From Leptospirales bacterium (GTDB taxonomy: Bacteria > Spirochaetota > Leptospiria > Turneriellales > JAOUFE01): a DNA stretch of 64,000 nt. Both the position numbers and the translations under genes were made by a program. Where the stretch lies: contig JBEQLE010000001.1 of the NCBI GenBank assembly GCA_040326155.1, positions 76,959-140,958 on the forward strand. Reading direction: 5' to 3'. The notes beneath the pieces were generated by a model. That model had not been told where the DNA came from. It made no database searches and saw nothing but the letters and a program-made list of their open reading frames with translations. How positions within the stretch are numbered: position 1 is the stretch's first letter; each line of letters opens with the position of its first letter. Below, one piece after another: positions 21,101 through 31,008 of the stretch.

Positions 21101-21853
21101 ATGGCTATAGAGTTGGCAGAAATTGAGTTAAAGCGGGTTCACCGAATCGTAACGCAAGAACCCACTGCCTTTGTGCGCCATGCCATTCCGGGCATGGATG
21201 GCGACATGGTCCAGAACCTGGGGCGCGGAAGCGTTCGCCTTTTAATCGAAGGGATTTTTTATGGGCCGGAAGCTGCCAACGATCTGGAAAAACTACGCGG
21301 CCTTTATCGCAAAGCGCAACCCGTTGAGTTTCTAGCTGAGATCACAGGGCAATCCTATTTTGGCGAGGTCACACTGGAGGATTACCGGGTTTGGCAGTTG
21401 GCTTCGGAGCCCGACCAGTACAGTTACACTCTTACGATTGCCGAATACTTAAAACCGCCCGAACCGGAGACGGTCGAAGTTCCCGTAGCAACCGAAGTCG
21501 AAAGTCAAATCAAAGATCTGGCGTCGAAGGCGATGGATCTGGTGAGTTTACCGAAATTGGAAAACCCTTTGCCCGCCCTGGAAAAAGCGTTGGCCGATAT
21601 ACAAAAAGGGATCGAACTACTTGCGCTTTCTCCGAACTCGATTATCGAAAGCCTGCGTCCTGTTTTTGGTTTGGTCGAACCCAAAGCTGTCGAGATGAGC
21701 GCAGTTGATGAGGCTGGGAATCCGGTTCCCGACATGCCTTTATATTTTATCGACGAGGCAGGCGAAAAACACAAAGCGCAACTCGAAAACGGCAAGCTTG
21801 AAATGAAAGAGCTACCTCCGGGAAGTTATCGCGTCGTGGTGGGTAAGGAATAA
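21101..21853 (+). CDS. Tube-initiator/baseplate protein (Mu gp43 N-terminus-like) with C-terminal transthyretin/carboxypeptidase-regulatory-like domain
   Basis: H.IPG.DG..VQNLGR...L...G.F.G; C-terminal D..G.P......G......LPPG.Y.V. Confidence 0.6.
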   Translation: MAIELAEIELKRVHRIVTQEPTAFVRHAIPGMDGDMVQNLGRGSVRLLIEGIFYGPEAANDLEKLRGLYRKAQPVEFLAEITGQSYFGEVTLEDYRVWQLASEPDQYSYTLTIAEYLKPPEPETVEVPVATEVESQIKDLASKAMDLVSLPKLENPLPALEKALADIQKGIELLALSPNSIIESLRPVFGLVEPKAVEMSAVDEAGNPVPDMPLYFIDEAGEKHKAQLENGKLEMKELPPGSYRVVVGKE

Positions 21854-21855
21854 CG

Positions 21856-22545
21856 ATGGCTGTCGCACAAAATTTCGCGGTCATGGATATGATTGTTCCC
21901 GGCGGTGTATATAAAACCTTTCACGAATTCACCGCTTATGCAGATTTTACCAACTGGGTTGCCGAAGCAGATAAACAAAATATTTCTGAAGGCTACCCCT
22001 ACGGTAAAATTGACGATCCGGATAAGCCGCACAATCTGTATGTTTACTCCAAGAACTTTGCCGGCACAATTAGTGTTGGTTCAACTTTTACGGTAAAGCA
22101 GGTTGTCTATCACGCCAAAGCCGCTTTAAAGCGCGGCACAACTCTCCATGGCCCCTACCAGTGTATTTTGGTAGAGTTTGATTACGGCGGCGCCAAAACC
22201 CAGGGCTATATCTGGCCGGTCTACAACGGTTGGGTAGCCGAAATTGTCCCGGAAGGTTTATCTTTAATTATCGAAGAGGGGCAACTTGCAAATTTCCAGG
22301 CTATTTTTAAACAAAATTCCGACGGTAGCTATTCGCTCATAGACTTTGCGTTTTTCATAGAGATTGAAGACGACACTTTAGAAATCCATGTGATCGACCC
22401 CGGCGGAACACCGCTTTCATCGGCCACCATGATCTTAACCGGAGTCGACATTGCGCTTGAAAAAACGATTACAATTACGGATGGAACCGGTACACAAAGC
22501 GGATTAACACCGGGGACGTATCTGATTAAGAAGGGGGGTGTGTAA
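21856..22545 (+). CDS. Hypothetical protein: N-terminal domain shared with the 34075 protein plus C-terminal TTR-like domain
   Basis: QVVYHA..YQCILV..QGYIWPVYNG; C-terminal D..G.PL..A.......G....GL.PG.Y. Confidence 0.6.
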   Translation: MAVAQNFAVMDMIVPGGVYKTFHEFTAYADFTNWVAEADKQNISEGYPYGKIDDPDKPHNLYVYSKNFAGTISVGSTFTVKQVVYHAKAALKRGTTLHGPYQCILVEFDYGGAKTQGYIWPVYNGWVAEIVPEGLSLIIEEGQLANFQAIFKQNSDGSYSLIDFAFFIEIEDDTLEIHVIDPGGTPLSSATMILTGVDIALEKTITITDGTGTQSGLTPGTYLIKKGGV

Positions 22546-22548
22546 CCC

Positions 22549-25500
22549 ATGATTCCCATACTTGAACAAATTCCCGACCCCGAAGAGGTACAGTTTCAGC
22601 TTTCGGAGATGGCGCGTACGGTCGATGAGATTGTCGCCCGGGCGGAAGAAATTGCCTCGGGTGATTTTTCTTTACTTTTTGAAGGGGCGTCTTCTTTGCC
22701 TTTTCCGAAACCGGAAAATTTGACTGGGCCGATGCTCGAAAGTCTGAATGCCATAGTAAAAAATATTCCCGATAAAAAGACTCTGCTGGTGGAGCAATAT
22801 AAATACCGGGAACAAATTCGTTCGCAAGTAGAAACATTACTCGCTTTTGACCCTGCCGAGGCCCAGAGTTTATTTGAGTTGATTACCCCAAAGTTTGCTT
22901 CGCTTGACAAGTGGATTGAAAAAGCTGATTTTTTTAAAAGTTCGTATGACCCGAATGGATCGCCCGATTTTTTGAAAAACCATATCCGAAATCTTCATGT
23001 AATTTCGTCGGACTCCGGTTTGCATAATAAGTTTAAGGCGGCCAATGCCATAGCCCCTGATCTTATGGCGAATGTTCGGGAACCAGTCTCTTTTTTACGA
23101 CGCTCTGTCTGGTTCGACCCGTTGCGACTGTCTCTGGAAACAATGCGTGACGCTGATTTTAACGACGCGGCTCTTTTGCCCAGCCACCGGCAGAAACTGG
23201 AGCAGATAAAAACCCTTCTTTCGGAAACCGCTCTCGGCCTGGAAACTCGCTTTAATGAAATAAAAAGCGCGGTGTCCGCACTACCCGCTTTGAATGAACT
23301 CGAAGCGTTGGACGATGCAACTCCCGAAAACGATCTCGATTCTTTTCTTGAAGTCCTTCCCGAACTGCATGAACTACGCGACGGTCTATTTTGTTTGTGC
23401 CTTGGCGCAAATTTAAAAAGCGCCCCTGTAAATTTCTATTTATTATATGAAAACTTTATTTTCAAAAACCAGGAGCTCCCAAAGGAGATATCAAGGGCCG
23501 GTACGGAAACCCTCAAGTTTTTAAAAAAGGTCCCGATCGCGAAGTCGGCTGCGCTCGCAGATTCGGCCATTTCTACCTGGAAAGAAGCAGCTGCGATATT
23601 GACCGACGAAACAAACGATCTTAAAAAAGATATTCTCGGGGCAACTACACAACTTACGTCACTGGCTTCCGAGTTTTCTTTGTCTGAGATCGGCTCTGCA
23701 ATGGACGAAGCCGTTAAAGCATTGCGCCAGTCCGTCTCAGAAATTGAACCGCGAGTAGACGAGGTTGCGAAGCAAATCGAAAACATGATCGAAGAGATAT
23801 CGCCTGAAATTTCGGCGCTGGATCTTTCGAATATACAGTCGTTAATTCGTGAACTGCTGGAAACTTGCGAGGGCATATTTTCCGACCCGGAACTTGGAAA
23901 GGTGATCGACGTTGCCGGTGAGGCCAATAAACAAGTAGAAAAGGTTTTGAACCAGGTTCCGCTTGCCGCCCTTTTTGAACAACTCCATACGGCGCTCGAC
24001 GATGTTGGAAAAAAACTCAACGGGGTCGATACGAAATCGCTAAGCGCTTCGGTCCGATTGCTGGTCGATGTGGCGCTTACAAGTATACACTCGGTCGACC
24101 TTCCCAAGCAACTTGGCAAAGTGATCAAAGAACAGTTCTCGGCGATCTTTATGGAAGCCGCCAAAGCTCTGTACCCCTTTCGTGAAATGTACAAACTGAT
24201 TTCCGATACCGTGGACAATTGCGGGCCGGAGCGTTTACTCGAAGGCGACCTTCTTTCCTCATTTCAGAGTCTACAAAAAATTATCGAAAGTATTGATCCG
24301 CAAAATGCATTGGCGCCTTTAAAGAAGGTTCAAGTCAAGTTAAACAAAGAGCTGGAGCTTTTGGACCCCGCAAAACTTCTCGTTAACATTAAAGAACAGT
24401 TGAGTAAAATCACAACCCGACTTTCGGAACTTTCACCGGATCTGATCTCGGAAGAGCTGCAAAAGATCACCTTCGGAGATTCTTTAGAAGATGAACCCAA
24501 CGTAATTTTTTCAGAACGCGTCGGTTCATTTGATGATTTAATTGCGACACTCGAGAGCGCCCTCGCCGGATTTCCCGAAGAGTCTTTGTTTGATGATGCG
24601 ATTTCGAATCTCGAAAATATACCCGAAACTTTAGAAGATCTTAAAAACAGGATGCTCAATTTTCTTTCGGGTGAGCAGGTAACCACCTCCGATTTTAAAT
24701 TTTTAAAAGATCAAGCGTTAGAGCTCGGGGCCGCAACGATTACTCCTGAGATCTCTTTTTGCAACGAGACAACCGCTCTTTTAAATGAATGTGATCTCCC
24801 GGCGGCGAGCGCGGCGCTCGGCGATCTATTGGCCGAGATATTAACAAAAATTGAATCGGCTACATTGCCAGCGCTTGACACCGGAGAAGTCGACACGTCC
24901 GGGGCTGCAGAGCTTGCCGCCCTCGGCCAGGATGTCGCGGCGATTGACCCGACGCAAATATTTCAAAAAGCAAACGCAGCTTCCATCGATAATCCGGAAT
25001 GGGAACAACGCCGAAAAAGATATAAACAAAGGTATGATACCTGTGTTAAAATATGGGAGGCGACGCGCGCAAAAATCGCAAATTTATCGACCGATACTCT
25101 CGGTGGTTCTCTTGATAATCTTACCGGGCAAATGCAAATGCTGTGGCCGCCATTTTCCTCCAAAGAAAATGTAGCGTATAAGGCTTACTTAAAATCTACG
25201 CGGGAAATTTGCAAAACTTTTCAACACACGCATCAGGAATTACAAAGCTATCTTTTCGGGTTAAAAGAGTTTCGCCGTTTGAGCCAAGACGCGCTAACTT
25301 TGTATAACCCGACCGAGTTTGACTTTACTCAAGAGGCCGAAGCCTGGAACGCACTTTTAGAGCAGGTTCAATCTAACGTAAACAGTAAAGAGGTCGAAAA
25401 ACGGATTCTCAATTTACGAAAAGAGATCGATAAAGAGATACTGAAAATCTATCCAGCCGAGAAACTCGAAAATCTCGACACAATCTTTGATTTGAAAATC

Positions 25501-25728
25501 AACAACCCTCTTCAAAAGTCCGACCCCCAGGCGAGTCTCATTAAACCGCTTTTGCCTCTTTATGAAAAGTTATGCCAGGCTAAAGAAAAAATAAATATCG
25601 ACGTCATGCTAAAACCAACCATGGACAAACTCGCTTTGATGGAATCAGACATTCAGTCGGGGATTAAACGAACGTTGGAACTTGTGTTAAAAATTCCGCA
25701 GGTCGAAAAAGAAGGGGATGTTGCATGA
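22549..25728 (+). CDS. Large alpha-helical tail-locus protein (1059 aa)
   Basis: Amphipathic helical repeats (L..LDP..L); overlaps start of hub gene. Confidence 0.6.
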   Translation: MIPILEQIPDPEEVQFQLSEMARTVDEIVARAEEIASGDFSLLFEGASSLPFPKPENLTGPMLESLNAIVKNIPDKKTLLVEQYKYREQIRSQVETLLAFDPAEAQSLFELITPKFASLDKWIEKADFFKSSYDPNGSPDFLKNHIRNLHVISSDSGLHNKFKAANAIAPDLMANVREPVSFLRRSVWFDPLRLSLETMRDADFNDAALLPSHRQKLEQIKTLLSETALGLETRFNEIKSAVSALPALNELEALDDATPENDLDSFLEVLPELHELRDGLFCLCLGANLKSAPVNFYLLYENFIFKNQELPKEISRAGTETLKFLKKVPIAKSAALADSAISTWKEAAAILTDETNDLKKDILGATTQLTSLASEFSLSEIGSAMDEAVKALRQSVSEIEPRVDEVAKQIENMIEEISPEISALDLSNIQSLIRELLETCEGIFSDPELGKVIDVAGEANKQVEKVLNQVPLAALFEQLHTALDDVGKKLNGVDTKSLSASVRLLVDVALTSIHSVDLPKQLGKVIKEQFSAIFMEAAKALYPFREMYKLISDTVDNCGPERLLEGDLLSSFQSLQKIIESIDPQNALAPLKKVQVKLNKELELLDPAKLLVNIKEQLSKITTRLSELSPDLISEELQKITFGDSLEDEPNVIFSERVGSFDDLIATLESALAGFPEESLFDDAISNLENIPETLEDLKNRMLNFLSGEQVTTSDFKFLKDQALELGAATITPEISFCNETTALLNECDLPAASAALGDLLAEILTKIESATLPALDTGEVDTSGAAELAALGQDVAAIDPTQIFQKANAASIDNPEWEQRRKRYKQRYDTCVKIWEATRAKIANLSTDTLGGSLDNLTGQMQMLWPPFSSKENVAYKAYLKSTREICKTFQHTHQELQSYLFGLKEFRRLSQDALTLYNPTEFDFTQEAEAWNALLEQVQSNVNSKEVEKRILNLRKEIDKEILKIYPAEKLENLDTIFDLKINNPLQKSDPQASLIKPLLPLYEKLCQAKEKINIDVMLKPTMDKLALMESDIQSGIKRTLELVLKIPQVEKEGDVA

Positions 25729-26681
25729 CGCGCAAGGTCGCTTATAAAGTCCGTATTGACGATCTGGAATTTACCTCCGGGGTAACATCGATTCGATGCG
25801 AGTCCGGTTTAACGGGCGGGGTCAATTTTTGTGAGCTCCGTTTTGCACCGGGAGGGGAGGATTTATTTACTAAGGCCGGCAAAAATAACAGCGTTTGCGT
25901 TGAACTTGGCTATGATGAACTTTTCACCGTGTTCACCGGCAGCGCCGTTCGCATGTCAAAAACGCATGAAACTATACAAGTCGTTGCACTATCGTGTTTC
26001 TCTACGATTCTACAAACCCATGCCAATCTCACGTACGAAGGTTTTCATGCCGGAGAGATGATCTCCGATGTTCTAGAAAAATATAAAATTTCCGAAGAAA
26101 AAATAGAAACAGGTATTTCATATCCGACGTACTATTTTTCAGATCGATCGTCTCTTTTTTCACAGATCAAAACGCTGGCACTTTATTCGGGTTTTGACTT
26201 TTACGCAACGGTCACAGATCAAGCGGTTCTGGCAAAATATAAAGCCTCTAAAGTTCACAAGATCCATTACGGAAAAGAAATTATCTCTTATGAAGTGCGC
26301 TCTGACCGGGAACAACCGCAAGGCGTGGCCGTATACGGAATGAGTCCTGCAGGGTCCTTCGGATCAGACGCCTACTCCTGGATCTCACACAAAGAGGTGA
26401 TAGGCCGTGCGGGAGATCCGGAATCGGAAAATACCTCTTTGGTAGAGCCTTCCTTGCGTGATGACGCTTCGGTGGAAAAAGCCGCAAAGGCGGTGGCTGA
26501 TAAGAAAGCCATGGTGGATTTTGGTGAGCTTAAAATACCAGGGCGCTCGTCCATTCAACTCGGGGAAGCCGTAGCCATTATCGGACTGAACGGCGGTGAA
26601 GGCCATAAAATCAAATCGATAAAACATCATGTGAGCCGTGAAAAAGGTTTTGTCACAACACTAAACTGGGAGGGAAAATAG
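25725..26681 (+). CDS. Baseplate hub (Mu gp44/P2 gpD/VgrG-N-like)
   Basis: V.LGY...LFTVFTG, S....I..LA...GF.F, G...I.LG..V...G......I..I.H......GF.T. Confidence 0.8.
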   Translation: MTRKVAYKVRIDDLEFTSGVTSIRCESGLTGGVNFCELRFAPGGEDLFTKAGKNNSVCVELGYDELFTVFTGSAVRMSKTHETIQVVALSCFSTILQTHANLTYEGFHAGEMISDVLEKYKISEEKIETGISYPTYYFSDRSSLFSQIKTLALYSGFDFYATVTDQAVLAKYKASKVHKIHYGKEIISYEVRSDREQPQGVAVYGMSPAGSFGSDAYSWISHKEVIGRAGDPESENTSLVEPSLRDDASVEKAAKAVADKKAMVDFGELKIPGRSSIQLGEAVAIIGLNGGEGHKIKSIKHHVSREKGFVTTLNWEGK

Positions 26682-26682
26682 A

Positions 26683-27453
26683 ATGATTGAAGTCATGCAG
26701 AAAGTGGCCGCCAAAGAAGCGCAAAAAATCTATACCACAGAAATCGGAGTTGTTTCGGCTATTTTTCCCCATGAGGCGGCAGACGACATGGACAACTACC
26801 AGTGTTCGATCACTTTGCAAAACAAAAAGACCCCGGAAGGAAAGGACTTCGAGTTGCGTAAAGTTCCGGTGGCGTCGCAGCATGTGGGACTGGTGATGAT
26901 TCCCGATGTCGGAGATTTGGTGGTGGTGGCTTTTATTAACGGCAACGTCAACGCGCCGATTATTCTGGCGCGGCTTTATGATGAAAAAAATCGCCCCCCG
27001 GAAAACAGTGCCGGACAATTGGTTTTAAAACATTTAAAAAATACTTTAATTGAACTCGACTCCGGAACAAAAATTGAAATCGACCCCAAGGGCAACGTGG
27101 CGATTGACTCCACGGGTAACATTAGTGTTACTTCACAAGGGCAGGTTTCATTGCAATCGGAAAAAGATTTTTCGATCAACTCAAAAGGGATGGTCTCGGT
27201 TGATGCGACGAAAAAAGCCACGATCAAATCTGCGGACGACGTCGTGATTGAATCAAACGGTAAAAAAGTAATCATCAATAAAGGCGATGCGGGAAAGGGA
27301 GCTGCCAGGTTCGATGATGATATTGAAATTTATGTCGACCCCAAAGAGATCATGGTCGCCTGTCCGTTTACGGGAAGTCCGGTTCCGTTAGTGCCAATCA
27401 TTTTAAAAGGAAAAATCGTTTCTGCGAGTGAGACGGTGCAAGTCGGAGATTGA
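26683..27453 (+). CDS. Baseplate spike (gpV/gp5 OB-fold) with PAAR-like C-terminal tip
   Basis: P.VGDLVVVAFING....PIILARLY, beta-helix repeats, GAARFDD...CPFTG...GKIVSASETVQVG. Confidence 0.88.
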   Translation: MIEVMQKVAAKEAQKIYTTEIGVVSAIFPHEAADDMDNYQCSITLQNKKTPEGKDFELRKVPVASQHVGLVMIPDVGDLVVVAFINGNVNAPIILARLYDEKNRPPENSAGQLVLKHLKNTLIELDSGTKIEIDPKGNVAIDSTGNISVTSQGQVSLQSEKDFSINSKGMVSVDATKKATIKSADDVVIESNGKKVIINKGDAGKGAARFDDDIEIYVDPKEIMVACPFTGSPVPLVPIILKGKIVSASETVQVGD

Positions 27454-27471
27454 AAAATTGAAGGATTATAA

Positions 27472-27894
27472 ATGAGCGATACCTATTTTACGGATTTTAA
27501 AATGAACAACCGCGACTTTGGCGATGTCGTTTCGAGCAGAGATCAAGCGGACATTGCCATCTCGAAAGGGGATCTACTTGCCGTATCGGGTAGAGAAAAT
27601 TTGACGCAGGCCTTAATCCACCGGTTGATGACTCGCAAAGGAGATTTGAAAGAGTTGGGGCATCCCGAATACGGTTCCCGTTTGCATGAACTACAGGGGC
27701 AGCCAAATAATGAACGCACCCAGTCTTTGGCGCGACTCTACATACATGAGGCTCTTGGTCGAGAAAAAAGAGTCGAAGAAATTGAGAGGGTGGAAGTTAC
27801 CGCCTCGACCGCCAATACAATGACAATCCGGATCCGAATTATGCCGAAAGGAGGAGAGAGTTTGACTTTGAATATGTCGCAGACTCTGGCTTAA
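27472..27894 (+). CDS. GPW/gp25 baseplate wedge protein
   Basis: G.ENL.QAL..RL.T.KG.L..LGHPEYGSRL..L.G; E.RV. Confidence 0.9.
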   Translation: MSDTYFTDFKMNNRDFGDVVSSRDQADIAISKGDLLAVSGRENLTQALIHRLMTRKGDLKELGHPEYGSRLHELQGQPNNERTQSLARLYIHEALGREKRVEEIERVEVTASTANTMTIRIRIMPKGGESLTLNMSQTLA

Positions 27895-27895
27895 T

Positions 27896-29062
27896 ATGTT
27901 TACACCGAAAAAATATACGGAAATTTTAAATGATCTGAAAGATCGTACCGAGATTCTTTCTGATTTTGAACCGGGCAGCGTGGCGCGCACTCTGTATGAA
28001 TCGTTTTCTTTTGAGATCGCGGCTCTTTATGAAAAGATGAATTTTGTTTATCTTTCGGCTTATATTGACACGGCCTCGGGAGTTCAACTTGAAAATGTCG
28101 TTTCGATATTGGGTATAAAACGGGGCCTTCCCGATTTTGCGGAAGGTTACCTTACGTTGACAAAGGACGAAGACAAAGATGACATTGAACTTACTCCGGG
28201 CACGATGGTTTCTACCGAAGAAACTCCTGAGTCACCGCGCAAAATGTTTCGGATTATTGAACAAAAAATATTCTCGAAAGGGCAAAGCGAGATCAGTATA
28301 AAAATCCAGGCTCTTCTGCCGGGAGCAGAACAAATTGCGGACCCCGAAACCATCATTGTGATGCCTCGCCCCATATCGGGTATCAAAACGATTTGGAATC
28401 CGAAGGCGATTATCTTCAGCGGAAAAAAACTCGAGACCGATGAGCAGTTGCGCGAGCGCGCAAAAAACTGTATTTTAGCCGCAGGAAAAGCCACTTCATT
28501 TTCCATAGAAAATGCGGTGCTTGCCCTGGGTGGAGTAAGAGACGTAAAGGTGAAAGAAAATTTTATAGAGGATGCGGCCAACCCCGGGCAAACGCAAGGG
28601 ACCGGAATCATCGAGGTATTTGTCGATAGCGCAGACTTAAGTCATGAAGACCCCGAAGTGGTAGCGCGAGAAAGAGATCGCATTTTTGAGGCTATTAATC
28701 CGGTCAAAGCCGCGGGCATCTATGTAAAACTTTCTTCGGCGGTGAAGGTATTATTGCATATCACGTTCTCTCTGGAAATTCGTCATGAACTAAAACTCAA
28801 CCAGGTGGAGATGACCGCCATAGAAAAACAGGTGAGCGATGCTATTACGGGTTATATCGGGGAATTAAAAATGGGCGATACCTTTTTATCGTCCCAGGTC
28901 ACAAAAAGAATTTTATCGATCGACGAGATTTCGGATTTTGAAATTATAAAAATTGTATCGGAAAAGGTCGGGATAAAAACAACGCTGCCGGCGTCGACCC
29001 GGCGTATTGAAGCCGAGGCGCTTGAAAAATTTGCACCGGGAGATATGGGCAGCCTTGTTTAA
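27896..29062 (+). CDS. Baseplate J/gp47 family protein
   Basis: DFEPGSVARTL.E, IDTASG..LE, ETDEQLRER, AT..SI..A, KAAGI.V. Confidence 0.92.
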   Translation: MFTPKKYTEILNDLKDRTEILSDFEPGSVARTLYESFSFEIAALYEKMNFVYLSAYIDTASGVQLENVVSILGIKRGLPDFAEGYLTLTKDEDKDDIELTPGTMVSTEETPESPRKMFRIIEQKIFSKGQSEISIKIQALLPGAEQIADPETIIVMPRPISGIKTIWNPKAIIFSGKKLETDEQLRERAKNCILAAGKATSFSIENAVLALGGVRDVKVKENFIEDAANPGQTQGTGIIEVFVDSADLSHEDPEVVARERDRIFEAINPVKAAGIYVKLSSAVKVLLHITFSLEIRHELKLNQVEMTAIEKQVSDAITGYIGELKMGDTFLSSQVTKRILSIDEISDFEIIKIVSEKVGIKTTLPASTRRIEAEALEKFAPGDMGSLV

Positions 29063-29070
29063 AAGGCTGC
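29049..29070. other. Intra-operon hairpin overlapping the baseplate J stop codon
   Basis: GCAGCCTT-N6-AAGGCTGC, perfect 8-bp stem. Confidence 0.4.
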
Positions 29071-29107
29071 GGAAAAAGACTACGGAAATGGAAACGGTTT
29101 AGAAAAG

Positions 29108-30427
29108 ATGTCTAAAGAAAAACAAATCATCGGCAGAATGCCGCACTTTTACAGTGACGAAGGGGACCTGATGTCTCTGGTATCTGTTTTTGCGCACACG
29201 CTTGAAGAGGCTGATGCGGATTTATTAAAAGTCATGCGGGGCCACTGGGTTGATACGGCTAACAACGAAGGCTCCAAAGGATTAAATACATCAACGAAAG
29301 GGGACCTCGACAAGATCGCGTCTTTTTATCTGGAAAATCTGGGTTCGACGAGTTTGTTAAAACAGGTCAACCGCCCACCGGAAGACGCCGGGTTGGAAAG
29401 CGACGCCATTCACCGGGGTCGCCTTAAGGGTTTAATCGATATTTTAAAAGAAGGCGCCTCAACCCAAAAAGGGATTGTGGAAATTATTGCGGCCAACCTC
29501 GGAATTTTCGGGAACTCTCCCGAGGCCGTAAAATCGAGGCAGTCGATCAAGATCATCGAGTTTGATCCTACACCTGAAATTATTTTTCACAATCAGCTTA
29601 AATTCTCACAAGAGTTCTCTGCGAATAACCAAAATCCGGAAAGCTCTCGTGCGCAATTTGTCATCGGTATCGATACGGTAAGCGCGACCCCGGTTTCACT
29701 ATCGCGTTTACAGGTTATGAACCTCGATGTAACCGGGGAAAACTATAGCATTAACAAAATCGGCGATACGCCGTCGGGTGTTTTGGAATACCGCGGGTCT
29801 CTTGCCAAAGGTGATCAGCTGTCGATCTTTCCGGATGGTAGTGCTCTTTTAAACGGCAGAAAAGTTCCCGTAACGGGCGACCTTGAACTTGCCCCTGGGA
29901 CATCTCGCTTTCGTATTGAAGCGATGGTGGGTTATTCCCGTGGAACTCTCGATCAAACGTTGTACGACTTCTCGTTGTATGAAGATGAAAAGTTCAACGA
30001 GTTGAGCGCTGAACTAAAAGAGATTTATTCGATTGATGTGGAAGTCACTTTAATGAAATTAACACCGGGCGCTTTTCGCGCCGACATCCCGTGGGATATT
30101 CCGGGGTTCAGCGAGAAGCTCGATATTCTTGAAGACGATCCGCGCAGCCAGATTATTGATATCATCCAAAAAGTGAGGGCCGCAGGTGTTCGTTCATCTG
30201 TATCCTTTATAAAAACGTTTCATGAATTTCATGAGATGAAAGATCTGTTCAAAGGACATGGCCGCCGAAACCCACTTATCGAAGACCATGTGCTCAAGGA
30301 AGACTTGCAGATCGCGAGCGTTCACAAACCCGTTCCGGGCGGGGAAGACATCGAGTTGGCTGATAGTTTAACCACCTCGGGTGTGTTTGATTATACGAGT
30401 TTTGATTCATTAAACAGGTTTACGTAA
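29108..30427 (+). CDS. Baseplate wedge protein (P2 gpI-like N-terminus)
   Basis: MP.FY, W+DTA...DLD.IA, ESD...R.RL, AST..GI, RAAGV; directly after J. Confidence 0.65.
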   Translation: MSKEKQIIGRMPHFYSDEGDLMSLVSVFAHTLEEADADLLKVMRGHWVDTANNEGSKGLNTSTKGDLDKIASFYLENLGSTSLLKQVNRPPEDAGLESDAIHRGRLKGLIDILKEGASTQKGIVEIIAANLGIFGNSPEAVKSRQSIKIIEFDPTPEIIFHNQLKFSQEFSANNQNPESSRAQFVIGIDTVSATPVSLSRLQVMNLDVTGENYSINKIGDTPSGVLEYRGSLAKGDQLSIFPDGSALLNGRKVPVTGDLELAPGTSRFRIEAMVGYSRGTLDQTLYDFSLYEDEKFNELSAELKEIYSIDVEVTLMKLTPGAFRADIPWDIPGFSEKLDILEDDPRSQIIDIIQKVRAAGVRSSVSFIKTFHEFHEMKDLFKGHGRRNPLIEDHVLKEDLQIASVHKPVPGGEDIELADSLTTSGVFDYTSFDSLNRFT

Positions 30428-30445
30428 AAGAAAAAAGGAGAAAAT

Positions 30446-30919
30446 ATGAAATCTACGGAAATATTAAATATGCAGGGAGCTTTAACGCTAGAGCTTTTTG
30501 ATCGGAAAAATCAGCCGGTGCAAAAAACCAAACAGGGTAATCATATCGTTCTTTCCGGAAGAGACCTGGTGATGAAACTTTTTATCAATGAGCAAATTGA
30601 CCCGATCAGCCATATTGCGGTGGGCACGGGTTCGGGGGCGGTGACCGGGACGGATGTTAAACTCGAAAAGGAATTCTTCAGAAAGGCTTTTGATACGATC
30701 GACCCGAGCGTTCATCTTTCAACGACCGATGACAATCGGCGGAAAGTAATTCTGACCACGGAACTCGATTACGCGGAATCAAACGGTCCGCTGACCGAAG
30801 CGGGAATTTTTACGAACGCCGGGGCCAACCTCGGGACGATGTACAATCGTGTGGTTTTTCCGCCGATTAACAAGACCTTGGATTTTAAACTGACCCTCAT
30901 CTGGGAGATTTTATTTTAA
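30446..30919 (+). CDS. Tail-fibre attachment/gpH N-terminal-like protein
   Basis: N.IV.SG, HIAVGTG, D..L..E..RK, NG.LTEAGIF, MYNRVVF..INK...F.L...W.I.F. Confidence 0.75.
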   Translation: MKSTEILNMQGALTLELFDRKNQPVQKTKQGNHIVLSGRDLVMKLFINEQIDPISHIAVGTGSGAVTGTDVKLEKEFFRKAFDTIDPSVHLSTTDDNRRKVILTTELDYAESNGPLTEAGIFTNAGANLGTMYNRVVFPPINKTLDFKLTLIWEILF

Positions 30920-30939
30920 GAATACAAGAATGGAGATTT

Positions 30940-30976
30940 GACAGGATTAACATGATTAACAGGATTTAGAATTGGG
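30940..30976. repeat. Short intergenic repeat built from 9-nt units (ACAGGATTA/ACATGATTA), copy 1
   Basis: Near-identical to 49390-49426. Confidence 0.8.
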
Positions 30977-31008
30977 AAGAGTAATTGAAAGGAACAAGGA
31001 GCAAACAA

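Noticed and set aside
23436..24218. 260-aa antisense ORF and similar shadow ORFs (e.g. 59574-60053, 62077-62643)
   Set aside because: Lie opposite well-supported genes; Ser-rich composition typical of antisense frames
17792..30919. Type VI secretion system
   Set aside because: Single-gene phage-type sheath; no TssB/C split, TssJLM, TssK or ClpV; long fibres present
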